Numbered from the stretch's first letter, positions 1 through 10,023 are shown. The stretch is 64,000 bases of DNA from Candidatus Gottesmanbacteria bacterium GW2011_GWA2_43_14 (GCA_000999095.1 LCFP01000007.1:5013-69012), one strand, 5' to 3'. Notes: generated from the letters alone by a model not told the origin. Made by a program: numbers and translations.

Positions 1-1755
1 TCCTTCCGACTGCTGGTCCAGCCTGAGTCAGGCTGGTTGAATTCCACCTGCCGGTATTCATAAAAGATTGATCCTACTTTAGTCCGGCCGACCTTAAGAC
101 CTGCTCCGTCAATTCTGACTTTCCAGCTATTTCCGTCAGCCTCAGGATAAGCATATGTCAATGACCCGCCGATTGTCAGAGTATATTCACGGCTTTCATC
201 CCCGTAGACGAACAAGGTTGGGGAGGAACCGGTTAATCTTAACGGGCAAAAATTAAAATCTTCCCATTCTTCCCGCAGCATTTTTAATTCCCTGACTTCA
301 TCCTGGCTGCCTTTTTCATCAATTACCAAAGAGTCAAATTCAGCTATGACTGCGTTTATCTCAGGCAGCGGCTCAACTGTTGCCGGGATCAGGAACCAGT
401 TGTTGGCGCGTTTTTGGTTCTGATTGTTGATGGTAAATTTTCCCACGTCGCCATAGCCGCTTAAAGTTATGATAGGCGCCAGCTGGCTTTCCGACGGGAC
501 ACATGGTGAAGCATTGGTGACGGTTCCTGCCTGGTCGGGATTAAAAGTGCCCAGTTTCAACGATTCATCATCCAGGGCAGGTGCCTCAGTAACCCCGGCT
601 ACCTCACCGGCAAAAACCTGGCGGTTATTAAGCGCCGGTACAGCCATAATAAAGGTTGTGTTGAATCCGCTTTTAGTCACAGCGTTGCCTTTTAGAACAT
701 ACATCGGCTCTATCATTTTATTGCTTGCCGGATTTTCCAGGTAAGTCAGGATATAATCAGTTACCTCAGCCCGGAGGTTGTCTGCCCTGTTTTCCGGAAA
801 TATCTCCTCCCAGGCGATGTTTTCCGTGTTATCAGGTACAATTATAGACAGGTTGGCCATCCCGGAAGTCATTTGCAGGTAAGCTTCATCGGGATTTATC
901 AGATTTTCCGCTCCATAACTCAATTCCGAATCTATTAATTTAAGATTGGAGGTGATTCTCATACCTTGTCCTCCACCCAGTGCCACGGTGACTGTATTGA
1001 AATCATCAGGTCTCATTCTGCCGTCTTCTCCTGTTGAGGTGTTGACGATTTCCGGCTGTTCCGGTGTCAGGCTGTCAGTCATCCCGGGTTGAAGCTGATT
1101 CAATCTGGTTTCATTGGAAACATTAAGAAGACCTGAAAAATTTAATATCGGCAATCCGGCTTTGACAAAATCGCGATGGCATTCCACAAATATATATCCG
1201 TTTATATCATTTCTGGAGTAGGTGACAGGGCATTCTACTGTTTCATCAATCAAACCTAAGTCAAGCAGGTAGTTTCTGACAAACTCTTTTTCAGAGCCGG
1301 CGCCTCCCGGCAGCGAATAATCACGGTAGGAAACCAGTTCATAATTGCCGCTGTTAGTTTGGAATTTCAGGTAACCTGCGTTTTCAGGATCTTCCGTATT
1401 ATAGAAAATCACCGTATTGCCCTCGCTTTTGTTCTGGTTCAGGTCGAATTTCTGGGCAACAGATGCTAGGTAAGGAATGGAGTAATTTGTTCTGAAATTA
1501 TAGACTTTCACACTGTTAGGAACTGCCGTTCCGCTGTAATTGCCGCTGAGTTCACTGAAAGTCATCACCGGAGATGTCAAACGGGTCTGCTGCCTGCTTG
1601 CTGTGTCCGATTCAGAATCCGTGAATAATTGCTCTGTCATGATGTCGGCGGGGTTTTGTTTCTGTTTAAAGAGGGAGAAAAGGAGAGCGACCAGAAGAAT
1701 TAGTACCAGTGAGAGCAGGATGTATAACTTTTTTTTGGGCAGCTTATCCATCATA
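1..1755 (-). CDS. Large exported or membrane-anchored hypothetical protein. The start is at 1755/1752 (MMDKLPKKKLYILLSLVLILLVALL...) and the 3' end runs past the window edge.
   Basis: Hand translation of the minus strand gives an open frame of more than 580 codons. The N-terminal KKK plus hydrophobic segment is a signal anchor. The ORF track omits it because no stop lies in the window. It abuts the downstream cluster genes. Confidence 0.55.
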
Positions 1756-1815
1756 GAGATTAAAATTACGTAAAATTAATAATTAAATTAAGCGTAAACG
1801 AGGCGGAATAATATG

Positions 1816-4269
1816 TCAATAGTCAGTCAATAAATTCGGGTCAACCGTTATTTGGCTTCCTTCCTTCAGCTTGCCGTCCAGAAGCCTCTTGGCGATATAG
1901 TCTTCCAGAGTTGTTTCAATCGTCCTGCGCATAGCGCGGGCTCCGAATTCCCGGGAATTGCCTGTTGAAGCCAGGTAGTTGACCAGCTCGTCGCTGGGGT
2001 TGACCCGGATGGCTTTTTGGGCAATTCTGGAGTTTAAATTTTCAAGCATCAGTCTGGCTACCTGCCTCAGATGTCCCTGGGACAGAGGCGTAAAAACCAC
2101 AGTCCCGTCAAAACGATTGAGAAATTCAGGGGAAAATATTTTTTCTCTCAAGACGTGATCAACAATTTGATCCTGCAGTTTTTGCGGACTTGCTTCTGCG
2201 GCGACCTGTTCCCGGATATATTCCGATCCGGCATTTGATGTGGCGATGATAATTGTCTGCCGGCAGTCAATTTTTTTGCCGGAGGCATCATGCAGATAAC
2301 CTTCGTCCAGAAGCGTTAAAAAAAGATGCTGGATTTCTTTGGGGGCTTTTTCAATTTCATCGAAAAGAAGCAGGCTGAAGGGGTTAACGCTCAATTTTGT
2401 AGTCAGCTCCCCGGCTTTTTGACCGGCGCTTGAACCTATCAGCCTGGCCATGCCTTCTTCGCCCTGGTACTGGCTCATGTCAAAACGCAGCATTTTATCT
2501 TCCCCTCCGTAATAGACGGAACTTAGGGCTTTAGCCGTTTCCGTCTTGCCGACTCCGGTCGGTCCCAGGAAAAGGAAGGAGCCGATGGGTTTCTCCGAGG
2601 AAGAGACATTCATTCTGGCTCTTCTTAAAGCGGAGGCGATCATCCTGATGGCCATTTGCTGGTTGATTATCCGGCGGTGCAGGTAGTCTTCCAGATTAGC
2701 CAGTTTTTCCTTTTCACCTTCAAGAAGTTTGCCTATGGGAATCTTCAGTTTCTCTGTCAGGTATTTATCGATATCATCGCTGCGGATAAATTTATTACGG
2801 TTAGAGGCGATAATGGCATTCTCCAGCAGTTCTATCGCTTTACCGGGAAAAGGCGTTGCTGTCAGATAACGGTCGGCATCCTCAACGGTTTTTTTAACGG
2901 CCGCAAGCGAAATGACAGTGTTATATCTTCGTTCCAGGACCGGCACAATGGATATTTCCAGTTCCGTGATGACGGTTTTTAAATCAGGGGCCAATAGGAA
3001 AATTTCCTCAAACAGGCCTCCCAGGAGGCTATTTTTTTCGAGGAATTGATGATAATCGTCAGGCGTCGTCAAACCGATTAACCCAATTGAGCTTCTGGCA
3101 AATTTCTCGATGACATCCGTCAGATTTAGCCTGCCTTCGCCTTCGGAGGCATACTTGTCGAAGTCGTCGATAAACAGGATGATATTGCCGGCTTTCTCGG
3201 ATTCCTCATATATTTGCGAAAAAACGGCTTTTATTTCCTGGAGGTTCTTTTTATCCGAGCAAAGTGCGTGCATATCAACTTTCATGATTCTCTTGTGGGA
3301 CAGTTCTTTTTCACTCATGCCAAGGTACAGGTGGCGGGCCAGAGTTTCAACCAGCATATGTCTGGCTATACCGGGAACGCCAATCAGCATGACATTTTTA
3401 TTTTCGCTTTTAAGCAAAGCCCTTTCCATTTTTTTTATTTCCGCATCCCGTCCTAAAAGGAAGGGGAATGGTGTCGGTTCGGCAGTTAAATCATGGGCAT
3501 ATTTATCCAACTCAACTGTATAACCGTACGACCAGTCAATGCCTATCCCCGGCAGGGCGCGTATTCTCTTCTTGTCTTCGAGCAGGGGCCGCAGAGTCAA
3601 TGATTCGAGGCGGCGGTACCAGTTCAGACAGGTGAAGAAATCATCTTTGCTGATTTTATTGGCTGAAATTTCCGGTAAAAAGGAAAGGTTTTCATAAATT
3701 TGATTATAGAGGTTTTCTGCATTATCCGGAGTTGTCATAGGCAAAATGGAGAAAGGAGGCAGTTTGGCGATGATGCTCCCAGGGTCCAGTCCAAGTCTTA
3801 TCAAGCAAAAACGGCCGGTTTGCGACAGGCAGAATTTTTTGAGGTATTGACCGTTTCCCAAGGCTTGCATGATTTCAGCAGTCTCCTCGTTGAAATTTTT
3901 TTTTCTTGAAACGTAAAAAGGCAGGGAAACAAAGGGCAGCAAGAGCCAGCCGATTAAAACCGGTAGGTAAAGAAAAGGCAAAAGCAGCATCATGGTCAGG
4001 CCGGTAAAAATTGCCGTCAGCCGCAGGAAAAAACCCATAAATCTTGACGTCAGATTGAATCCAACGACAGAGGCGTAATTCGACAGCTGGAAACCCCGGC
4101 CTTTAACAGCCCGGATGCGTTTCCAGGGCGCCAACAGGTTGGGCAGATGGTGGGGAATTCCCGAAAAATAGTAGGAAAATAAAACCAGATTGAAGAAATG
4201 GTCCGTGAGGCGGGGCCAAATCCGGGAATAATGCCAGTTGAGAAAGTCTTCCAGATTATTCATTTTCAA
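1816..4269 (-). CDS. Membrane-anchored ClpA/ClpB-like double AAA+ ATPase (817 aa). The first ATPase domain (NBD1) is degenerate and the second (NBD2) is intact.
   Basis: The N-terminal ~270 aa contain several hydrophobic helices (e.g. FFLRLTAIFTGLTMMLLLPFLYLPVLIGWLLLPFVSLPFYV). D1 aligns to ClpB D1, but its Walker A reads GVPGIARH where ClpB has GEPGVGKT, and its Walker B reads ILFIDDFD. D2 is canonical: FLFLGPTGVGKTE, LLFDEIEKA, TSNAGS, and the C-terminal GARAMRRTIE small domain. Confidence 0.8.
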   Translation of the reverse strand: MKMNNLEDFLNWHYSRIWPRLTDHFFNLVLFSYYFSGIPHHLPNLLAPWKRIRAVKGRGFQLSNYASVVGFNLTSRFMGFFLRLTAIFTGLTMMLLLPFLYLPVLIGWLLLPFVSLPFYVSRKKNFNEETAEIMQALGNGQYLKKFCLSQTGRFCLIRLGLDPGSIIAKLPPFSILPMTTPDNAENLYNQIYENLSFLPEISANKISKDDFFTCLNWYRRLESLTLRPLLEDKKRIRALPGIGIDWSYGYTVELDKYAHDLTAEPTPFPFLLGRDAEIKKMERALLKSENKNVMLIGVPGIARHMLVETLARHLYLGMSEKELSHKRIMKVDMHALCSDKKNLQEIKAVFSQIYEESEKAGNIILFIDDFDKYASEGEGRLNLTDVIEKFARSSIGLIGLTTPDDYHQFLEKNSLLGGLFEEIFLLAPDLKTVITELEISIVPVLERRYNTVISLAAVKKTVEDADRYLTATPFPGKAIELLENAIIASNRNKFIRSDDIDKYLTEKLKIPIGKLLEGEKEKLANLEDYLHRRIINQQMAIRMIASALRRARMNVSSSEKPIGSFLFLGPTGVGKTETAKALSSVYYGGEDKMLRFDMSQYQGEEGMARLIGSSAGQKAGELTTKLSVNPFSLLLFDEIEKAPKEIQHLFLTLLDEGYLHDASGKKIDCRQTIIIATSNAGSEYIREQVAAEASPQKLQDQIVDHVLREKIFSPEFLNRFDGTVVFTPLSQGHLRQVARLMLENLNSRIAQKAIRVNPSDELVNYLASTGNSREFGARAMRRTIETTLEDYIAKRLLDGKLKEGSQITVDPNLLTDY

Positions 4270-5189
4270 TAAAAATTACACTTTTCTTTTCTCGGATCGC
4301 AGATGGTTTTTTGTAACCCGGGCACGCGTACCAGATTTGAAATATAGTTAACAAGATTATTGTAACCGATAAGTCCCTTGAAAAAATCTTCTGTCATTTT
4401 GACGAAGGACGTATTGTTTGAGGCAGCATGGGAAAGGACGCATGACAGGTTGAAAACCGGTTCTCCGAAAACGGTTTTGTTGGGGTATTCACAACCGACG
4501 CTTTGCCTCATGCCTGGATTAACCGTCAGACAGCGGTTCAGGCAGAAGCGGTATGTTCCATTATCATTTGAGCGGCATTCAGCATTGTTTTCCATCATAA
4601 AACAATGGGTATATCCCTGAGGACCGGTAAACGTCCCGCTTTCGCAGAGGTCCCGGCAGCCGCCCGGCCCGTTAAGCGGCAAACTGCCGCATAATCCCTG
4701 ACCGCCGCCGATATTGCACCAGCATGAAGGGACTCCGGCTGTATACAGAATGCCGCATCCCCGGGGATTGGTTTTTTTGGTTACCGGTGCCGGCGGAGTT
4801 GGTGTGCGTGTCGCCGGACCGGGTGGCCGGGTCGGGAAAGTACAGGCAAAATCCGGTGACAAATTGCAGGCACCGTTGCGAAGTGCATTGCAGTCCGCTG
4901 TTGCCTGGGGGCTTAAACCGCCGTTGCAGTAATGGTTGATTATTTGCGTGTCTGAACACAAGTTGTGCTTGTAACTGTTGTAGATTGGGCGCAAATCAGT
5001 CCTGTATCGTAGAAGACAATCAACGCATTTGGCAGGAAACTGGGGATTTTGAAAATCAAGGTTACAGTTTTTGTCCGAACCCATAGGAACAGCCGGATAG
5101 GTCGGCAGCGGCGTTTGGGCAGAAGCCTGTTTTGCCGCTAAAATTACGGCTGAGACAAAAATGGAAAAAATAATTTTTATTTTGATCAC
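4266..5189 (-). CDS. Secreted Cys-rich protein (307 aa) with a Pro-rich linker and the conserved C-terminal tag ...VRVPGLQKTICDPRKEKC.
   Basis: It has a Sec signal peptide (MIKIKIIFSIFVSAVILAAKQASAQ), more than 25 Cys, and a PTRPPGPATRTPTPPAP linker. The C-terminal motif is shared with the two upstream paralogs. It overlaps its neighbours by 4 bp. Confidence 0.7.
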   Translation of the reverse strand: MIKIKIIFSIFVSAVILAAKQASAQTPLPTYPAVPMGSDKNCNLDFQNPQFPAKCVDCLLRYRTDLRPIYNSYKHNLCSDTQIINHYCNGGLSPQATADCNALRNGACNLSPDFACTFPTRPPGPATRTPTPPAPVTKKTNPRGCGILYTAGVPSCWCNIGGGQGLCGSLPLNGPGGCRDLCESGTFTGPQGYTHCFMMENNAECRSNDNGTYRFCLNRCLTVNPGMRQSVGCEYPNKTVFGEPVFNLSCVLSHAASNNTSFVKMTEDFFKGLIGYNNLVNYISNLVRVPGLQKTICDPRKEKCNFY

Positions 5190-5191
5190 TC

Positions 5192-6949
5192 TCAGGGAAT
5201 TGCACAGCCGTTAGTGACCTTCGGATCACAGGTGGCTTTTTGCAGTCCGGGTACGCGCTGAATTTGTTCGATTAACAGACTTAATTCAATGGCATCGATG
5301 GTGCCCTGTCGATACTGGTCAATATAGCTGCTGATGACTTCATTGGTTGATTGGCTGACGGAAGCGGTTCCCAGAGGATCAGGAAATTCAGCCGTAATAT
5401 CGACCTTAGCCGGCGGATTTACCTGGCAGACACTGGCCTGGCAGGAAGCCATATAATCAATATTTTCTATGACGACTCCCGCAGGTCCGTAAGCTTTGAC
5501 ATAGACGTCATATTTCCTGTCCGGAAAAAGATTGTTAAAGCGGTAGGGGAAAACTACCCCGCTTTGGATGCCTGCTTTGGGAATTTCTATTTTCCGTAAA
5601 TAGTTATCTCTGACATCATTGATCCAGACATAAACAGAATCAAATTGCGCTTTACTGGTAAAGTTCAGGATGACTTCCCCCGAGATTTCGGAATTAGGAG
5701 GCGTGCCGTAGCGGCACTCATACAAAATGTCAAAAGTATTTGGTGGGGAATAAGGCGAGGTGACATCGACACAGGCCTGGCTGTCATATCTCCAGTATGA
5801 GGCTATCTGGCGGTTGATTGGCTGTCCGGCTACCCGGAAACAGTGGCCGCTTCCGTCGGTTGAGCATTGTCCCTGGGGGTTGATACCGTCGACCGAAAAA
5901 GCCCTTTGGTCAGGATTTAAATTATTGCAGCTGACGTCCGTAAAATAAGAGATGTAGTTGGTATGGTTGCAGATTTCACCGTCGGGAGAATACCAGGCAG
6001 GTTTGGGAAGTGCAATCGGTGTTGCGCCGGGCGGAGGGGTAGAGCTTGGGGTTGGAGTATTTGCGGGTCTGTCAATGGTAAAGCTGACAACACAGGCCGG
6101 CTGCGGCGATGAGAATCCGGTATCATCAAGAATAAAATAACCGTTGACCTGGACTTTTAGAGGAAGTTTGTTCCCCCAGAGTTCATCGGGACGGTTCAGG
6201 TCATCGTAATAAACGGTAAATGTATGGCTGGTTGAGCCTGATTTAGGCACGATGACATTATAATGCTGGCCGCCGAAAATAATGGGTTTGGGGTTGCCGG
6301 GACCGTAGAGATTGTCCCTGTTATAAAAGAAAAGCTGGTAGTTGGTGATGGCGGTCCCTGCCGGGGGCAGACCGCTGATAGTGATTTGCAGGGATTGGCT
6401 GGGACTGAGGATGCCGCCTGAGATTGATGAACTCTGACAGACCGCGGGGCGGTATTCTTCCGTTTCTAAAAAACAGGCACTGTTGGTAGGCGACCAGCTG
6501 CCGCTGTCCTGGGCCATATAAGGCACGATTTGCACTCTTTTCAGTTTGCTTCCTAGAGGCAGATTCTGCTTCAGGTCGGTAATAAAAAGCTCAGCCGCGG
6601 AAACGGTTCTGGTACCCGTAGTTCTTTGGGTAGTGGTGGGATCTTTAAATATCAGCGGATACTGTCCGGCCGGACAATCAGTCGTCGGGATAACCACATC
6701 TCCGCCGACATTGGTACAGACCACCTGGCCGAGCGTCGGATCACCGGGTTCTTTAAAATCAAGATTACGGATCAGAAAATAAAAATTATTGACAGGGATG
6801 TCTGATGTGGACTTAAATGTTACGGTTTCATTGACTTTGAGGACAGCTTTGTCGATAGTTGCTCCCGTACAGGATTGGGCATATGTTTTTCCGGGCAAAA
6901 GATACAGAAAGAAGATACCCAGAAAAAGAACTGATAATATAGTTTTCAT
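5192..6949 (-). CDS. Secreted large protein (585 aa), paralog of the C-terminal part of the 7447-9750 product, ending ...IQRVPGLQKATCDPKVTNGCAIP.
   Basis: The signal peptide is MKTILSVLFLGIFFLYLLPGKTYAQ. Two internal regions align to the 767-aa neighbour (IDKAVLKVNETVTF.../IDKATIGPGESFTV... and ...YDVYVKAYGPAG.../...YELYVKAYDRQG...). A PTPSSTPPPGATP linker is present. Confidence 0.7.
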   Translation of the reverse strand: MKTILSVLFLGIFFLYLLPGKTYAQSCTGATIDKAVLKVNETVTFKSTSDIPVNNFYFLIRNLDFKEPGDPTLGQVVCTNVGGDVVIPTTDCPAGQYPLIFKDPTTTQRTTGTRTVSAAELFITDLKQNLPLGSKLKRVQIVPYMAQDSGSWSPTNSACFLETEEYRPAVCQSSSISGGILSPSQSLQITISGLPPAGTAITNYQLFFYNRDNLYGPGNPKPIIFGGQHYNVIVPKSGSTSHTFTVYYDDLNRPDELWGNKLPLKVQVNGYFILDDTGFSSPQPACVVSFTIDRPANTPTPSSTPPPGATPIALPKPAWYSPDGEICNHTNYISYFTDVSCNNLNPDQRAFSVDGINPQGQCSTDGSGHCFRVAGQPINRQIASYWRYDSQACVDVTSPYSPPNTFDILYECRYGTPPNSEISGEVILNFTSKAQFDSVYVWINDVRDNYLRKIEIPKAGIQSGVVFPYRFNNLFPDRKYDVYVKAYGPAGVVIENIDYMASCQASVCQVNPPAKVDITAEFPDPLGTASVSQSTNEVISSYIDQYRQGTIDAIELSLLIEQIQRVPGLQKATCDPKVTNGCAIP

Positions 6950-6952
6950 ATA

Positions 6953-7450
6953 TTATGGACTGATATCAATTTTGATTTCATGATTGCCGCTGATGAGATT
7001 TTTGCCCTGGGACATCAGCCGGCTTTGCTTTGAATCAAGAGAGATTATGGTAGGTCCGGTATTTTTTTTGGTGATAAAGCGGATAGTCACTGCAGGATTT
7101 TTTTCAGCCGCAAGTGCCGTTAAATGGAAAAGCCCCCGTATTCTTTCGGTTTTCACATCTCCCCAGAGGGACGGACTAGGGTCTACCTTTTCAACATCCA
7201 GATACTTAGGATCATAGGCAAGCCACAAATCAATCTCCTGTATCGGCTTCCGGCTTTCAAATGAGATACTCATTGGAAAAGTGGATTGAGTTTTGACTAT
7301 TTTTGCCGGTGTTTCTATCTTAATTTTTACTCCTATTGGAAGGATCAGCCGGATCGCGGCCAGGAATATAAAGACAGCCACGGCTGCCGTGAGATAGTAA
7401 ATGCGCCGGTTGTTTTTTTTATGGCGGATATTCCGGTTCTTTTTTTTCAT
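6953..7450 (-). CDS. Membrane-anchored cohesin-like domain protein (165 aa).
   Basis: A basic N-terminus is followed by one TM segment (YYLTAAVAVFIFLAAIRLIL). The extracytoplasmic domain carries an AYDPKYLDVEKV motif resembling the cohesin YDP-x-xL-x-V signature. It is a paralog of 10024-10575. Confidence 0.55.
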   Translation of the reverse strand: MKKKNRNIRHKKNNRRIYYLTAAVAVFIFLAAIRLILPIGVKIKIETPAKIVKTQSTFPMSISFESRKPIQEIDLWLAYDPKYLDVEKVDPSPSLWGDVKTERIRGLFHLTALAAEKNPAVTIRFITKKNTGPTIISLDSKQSRLMSQGKNLISGNHEIKIDISP

Positions 7451-9985
7451 GGGAGGTCACATCCTCCGGGAATTTTGGGATCACAAGTGGCTTTCTGCAG
7501 GCCCGGCACTCTTGTTATGCGGTGGATGAAGCGCGAAATTTCCAACGGGTCTGCCTGGTTATTGATCCATCTGTTGATCATGTCGTTAAAACGCTGGTTA
7601 ATTTGAGCGGGAGAGGCGTCAACCAGAGGATCGGGAAAAACCAATTTGAAATTGATGACCCCGTCAGGCATGCTTTGGCAGCTGTAACTGCCGCAGGAAC
7701 CTTCATTTATGACGCCGATATAATCAATGGCAGTACCCTGTCGGTCATAAGCTTTGACATAGAGCTCATACGTCTTGTCGTAGAAGAGGGGGGAAAAATT
7801 AAATCGGAATTTGGAATTGTTTTTAACATCTTCAGCTTTTTGTTCATGGAATGTCAGGTAGTTTTCGGCAGAGATGTCATGGAGGTAGACGATAATATTG
7901 CGGAACGGTTTGGCTCCCTCAAAGCTGACGCTGACTTCTCCCGTTATCCTGCCTTTGGGTTCGCTGGTGAAAGAACAGGTGAATAAGCGGTCAAAAATCG
8001 TAGCAGGAATGTCATCCCTGTCTGTAATCGGGGTGCAATCTTCAGAGCCCGAACGTATCAGATATTTCGGCGTGATTGCTTCATTGACGATGACACCGCC
8101 GGCTTTGTAGCAAAAACCTGTGCCGTCTTCATTGCAGCCGGTTTCTTCTTCACGATCGGATAAAGTGTCGCCTGACAGGTATCCTACCGGACTCAGGCAA
8201 AGTGAATCGTTATAGAGTTTGATAAAGTTCTTGTCTGTGCATTTTAGTCCGTCGGGAGCATACCATTCCAATGGATCGTTCGGATTGCCGACGCAGGTGG
8301 TTCCGTTCCAGCAGGCATTAGGGCCGCAATCACAGCCTGAGGTTAGAGCTTGGGTGCAGTTAATTTTAGGGTCTCCCGCCAGTTCACAACTGTCCACACA
8401 ACCGTTGGGGAAGACTTCCCATTTAAATCCCTGGTTTTCGCAGGCAAATTTTTCCGCATCGCTGCAGACAAGCTGGCATTCATTCTCGATGCATTTCGTT
8501 GAGCAATTTCCTCCAATTCCCGAACAAAAATCAGGGTCTTCGCACTGACCGGCAAGAAACTCTTTATTTTCGACGGTGCATTTACCGGTTTCTTTATCCA
8601 GGGCGCAGCCGCAGTCGAAATCAGTCTGGCAGAACAATTTTTCGGAAGCGGGGGTAGGTGTAATGGTGATATCGGGTTCGGGTGTGGGAACATCATCAGT
8701 TACCGATGACGAAACATGTCCGACACAGCCGATTTCAGCTACGGACAGCTGGCCGCCCGGACTCTGGAAAAAATAAGCATTGATCTGAATTTTTTGAACC
8801 GGCAAATTGCCGTTTCTGGCGTCAAGTTTGCCGAATATTTCCTCGTAGGAAATTGTTCTGCTGCCTGTTGTCCGCATCCCGGCCCAGTCAGGATCCTCGA
8901 ATATCAAATGGTGAGTGCCGGTAGGACAGTTGCCGACGATGCCGGTTACATCGCCGCCCTCGGCCACGCAGACCGATTTGGGATTTCCCGGACCGAAGAG
9001 ATTGTCCATGTTATAGAATTGGTACCAAAAACGGTTGATGGGAGTTTTGGAAAATGAGGTTACCGTAAAAGATTCTCCCGGACCGATGGTAGCCTTGTCT
9101 ATGGAGATACCCTGGCAGAGGTTTGGCCTGTCGGGACCGAGTGCCGATACAGGGGTTGCCGATGGTGCCGGTACTCCCGGATCGCCCGGGTCTTTACCCT
9201 GGCATACACAAATCGGCAAACCGTCCGATCCTTCGCCATCGGCCACACAAGTCCCGCCCGTGCCGCAGCTGGTTCCCTCGTCGTGGTTTTTGCAGTTGTT
9301 GTTCGATTCGGCTGAACAGGAGGTGCCTCCGCCCGGATAGCCGGGATCGCCTGGATCTCCGGGACCGCCGGGACCGCCGGGGTCACCCGGACCTGTAGAA
9401 GGCGCAGTGCAATTGCATATCGGATTCCCGCTGGTATCATTTGATCCGGTTATATTGCAGTTTTTGTCCGTAGCGCAGGCAAAGCCGAGATTTTTGCTTT
9501 TACAGACAGTTTCCGATGAAAGTGAAGAGCATTTCTGTTCACAGCAGGTGGATTGGATTCCGCAGTCTTTGACTCCTACGCTGTAATAGTTAGTATCGCA
9601 GGGAAGTTCCGCCAAAGGTGAACAGTATCCCTGGCAAAGCGGAGCTGTTGGGCAATTATCAGCAATATCGCCGCATTTTAAAATAGAGCCTACATAGCCG
9701 CATTTTCCAGGACAGTTTAAATCGGTTGTGCATGTCTGACCGGCGGACAATATCGCCGCATTTTAAAATAGAGCCTACATAGCCGCATTTTCCAGGACAG
9801 TTTAAATCGGTTGTGCATGTCTGACCGGCGGATGTACAAGAAGTTGAGGTCGCGGCCTGCTTTTGGGGGTTTTGGGGCTCAAGTGCGAGGCGGACAGCGG
9901 CGGCGACACCGACGACCATCGTCACCAGAAGCACCAATTCAATACCGGCAAACCCGGCCTGGCGGAATCTTCTAAATATTTTCAT
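7447..9985 (-). pseudogene. Giant type IV pilin-headed Cys-rich adhesin-like gene, about 830 aa if contiguous. An 85-bp tandem duplication splits it into ORFs 9659-9985 and 7447-9750.
   Basis: The N-terminus MKIFRRFRQAGFAGIELVLLVTMVVGVAAAV is a class III prepilin signal (G|F..E5). The 28-aa segment SAGQTCTTDLNCPGKCGYVGSILKCGDI is encoded twice, by the two repeat copies. The body has EGF-like Cys repeats, a collagen-like GPGDPGGPGGPGDPGDPGYPGGG run, and the C-terminal tag ...ITRVPGLQKATCDPKIPGGCDLP. Confidence 0.6.
9662..9831. repeat. Perfect tandem duplication of 2 x 85 bp (9662-9746 and 9747-9831).
   Basis: I checked base by base that the two 85-bp copies are identical. Because 85 is not a multiple of 3, the duplication shifts the reading frame of the pilin-like gene. 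Confidence 0.9.
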
Positions 9986-10023
9986 TATTTCTGATTTTTT
10001 ACAGTTTCCTAATCAACTGATCC

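Noticed and set aside
2656-3909. Several 60-140-aa plus-strand ORFs inside the Clp-like gene. Similar small ORFs sit inside other large genes, for example 27307-29319 and 8219-9398.
   Set aside because: They are shadow ORFs on the opposite strand of long, motif-supported genes and carry no motifs of their own.
9123-9440. Arg/Pro-rich overlapping ORFs on both strands within the collagen-like GPG repeat region.
   Set aside because: They are a compositional artefact of the GGn/CCn-rich repeat in the adhesin gene.
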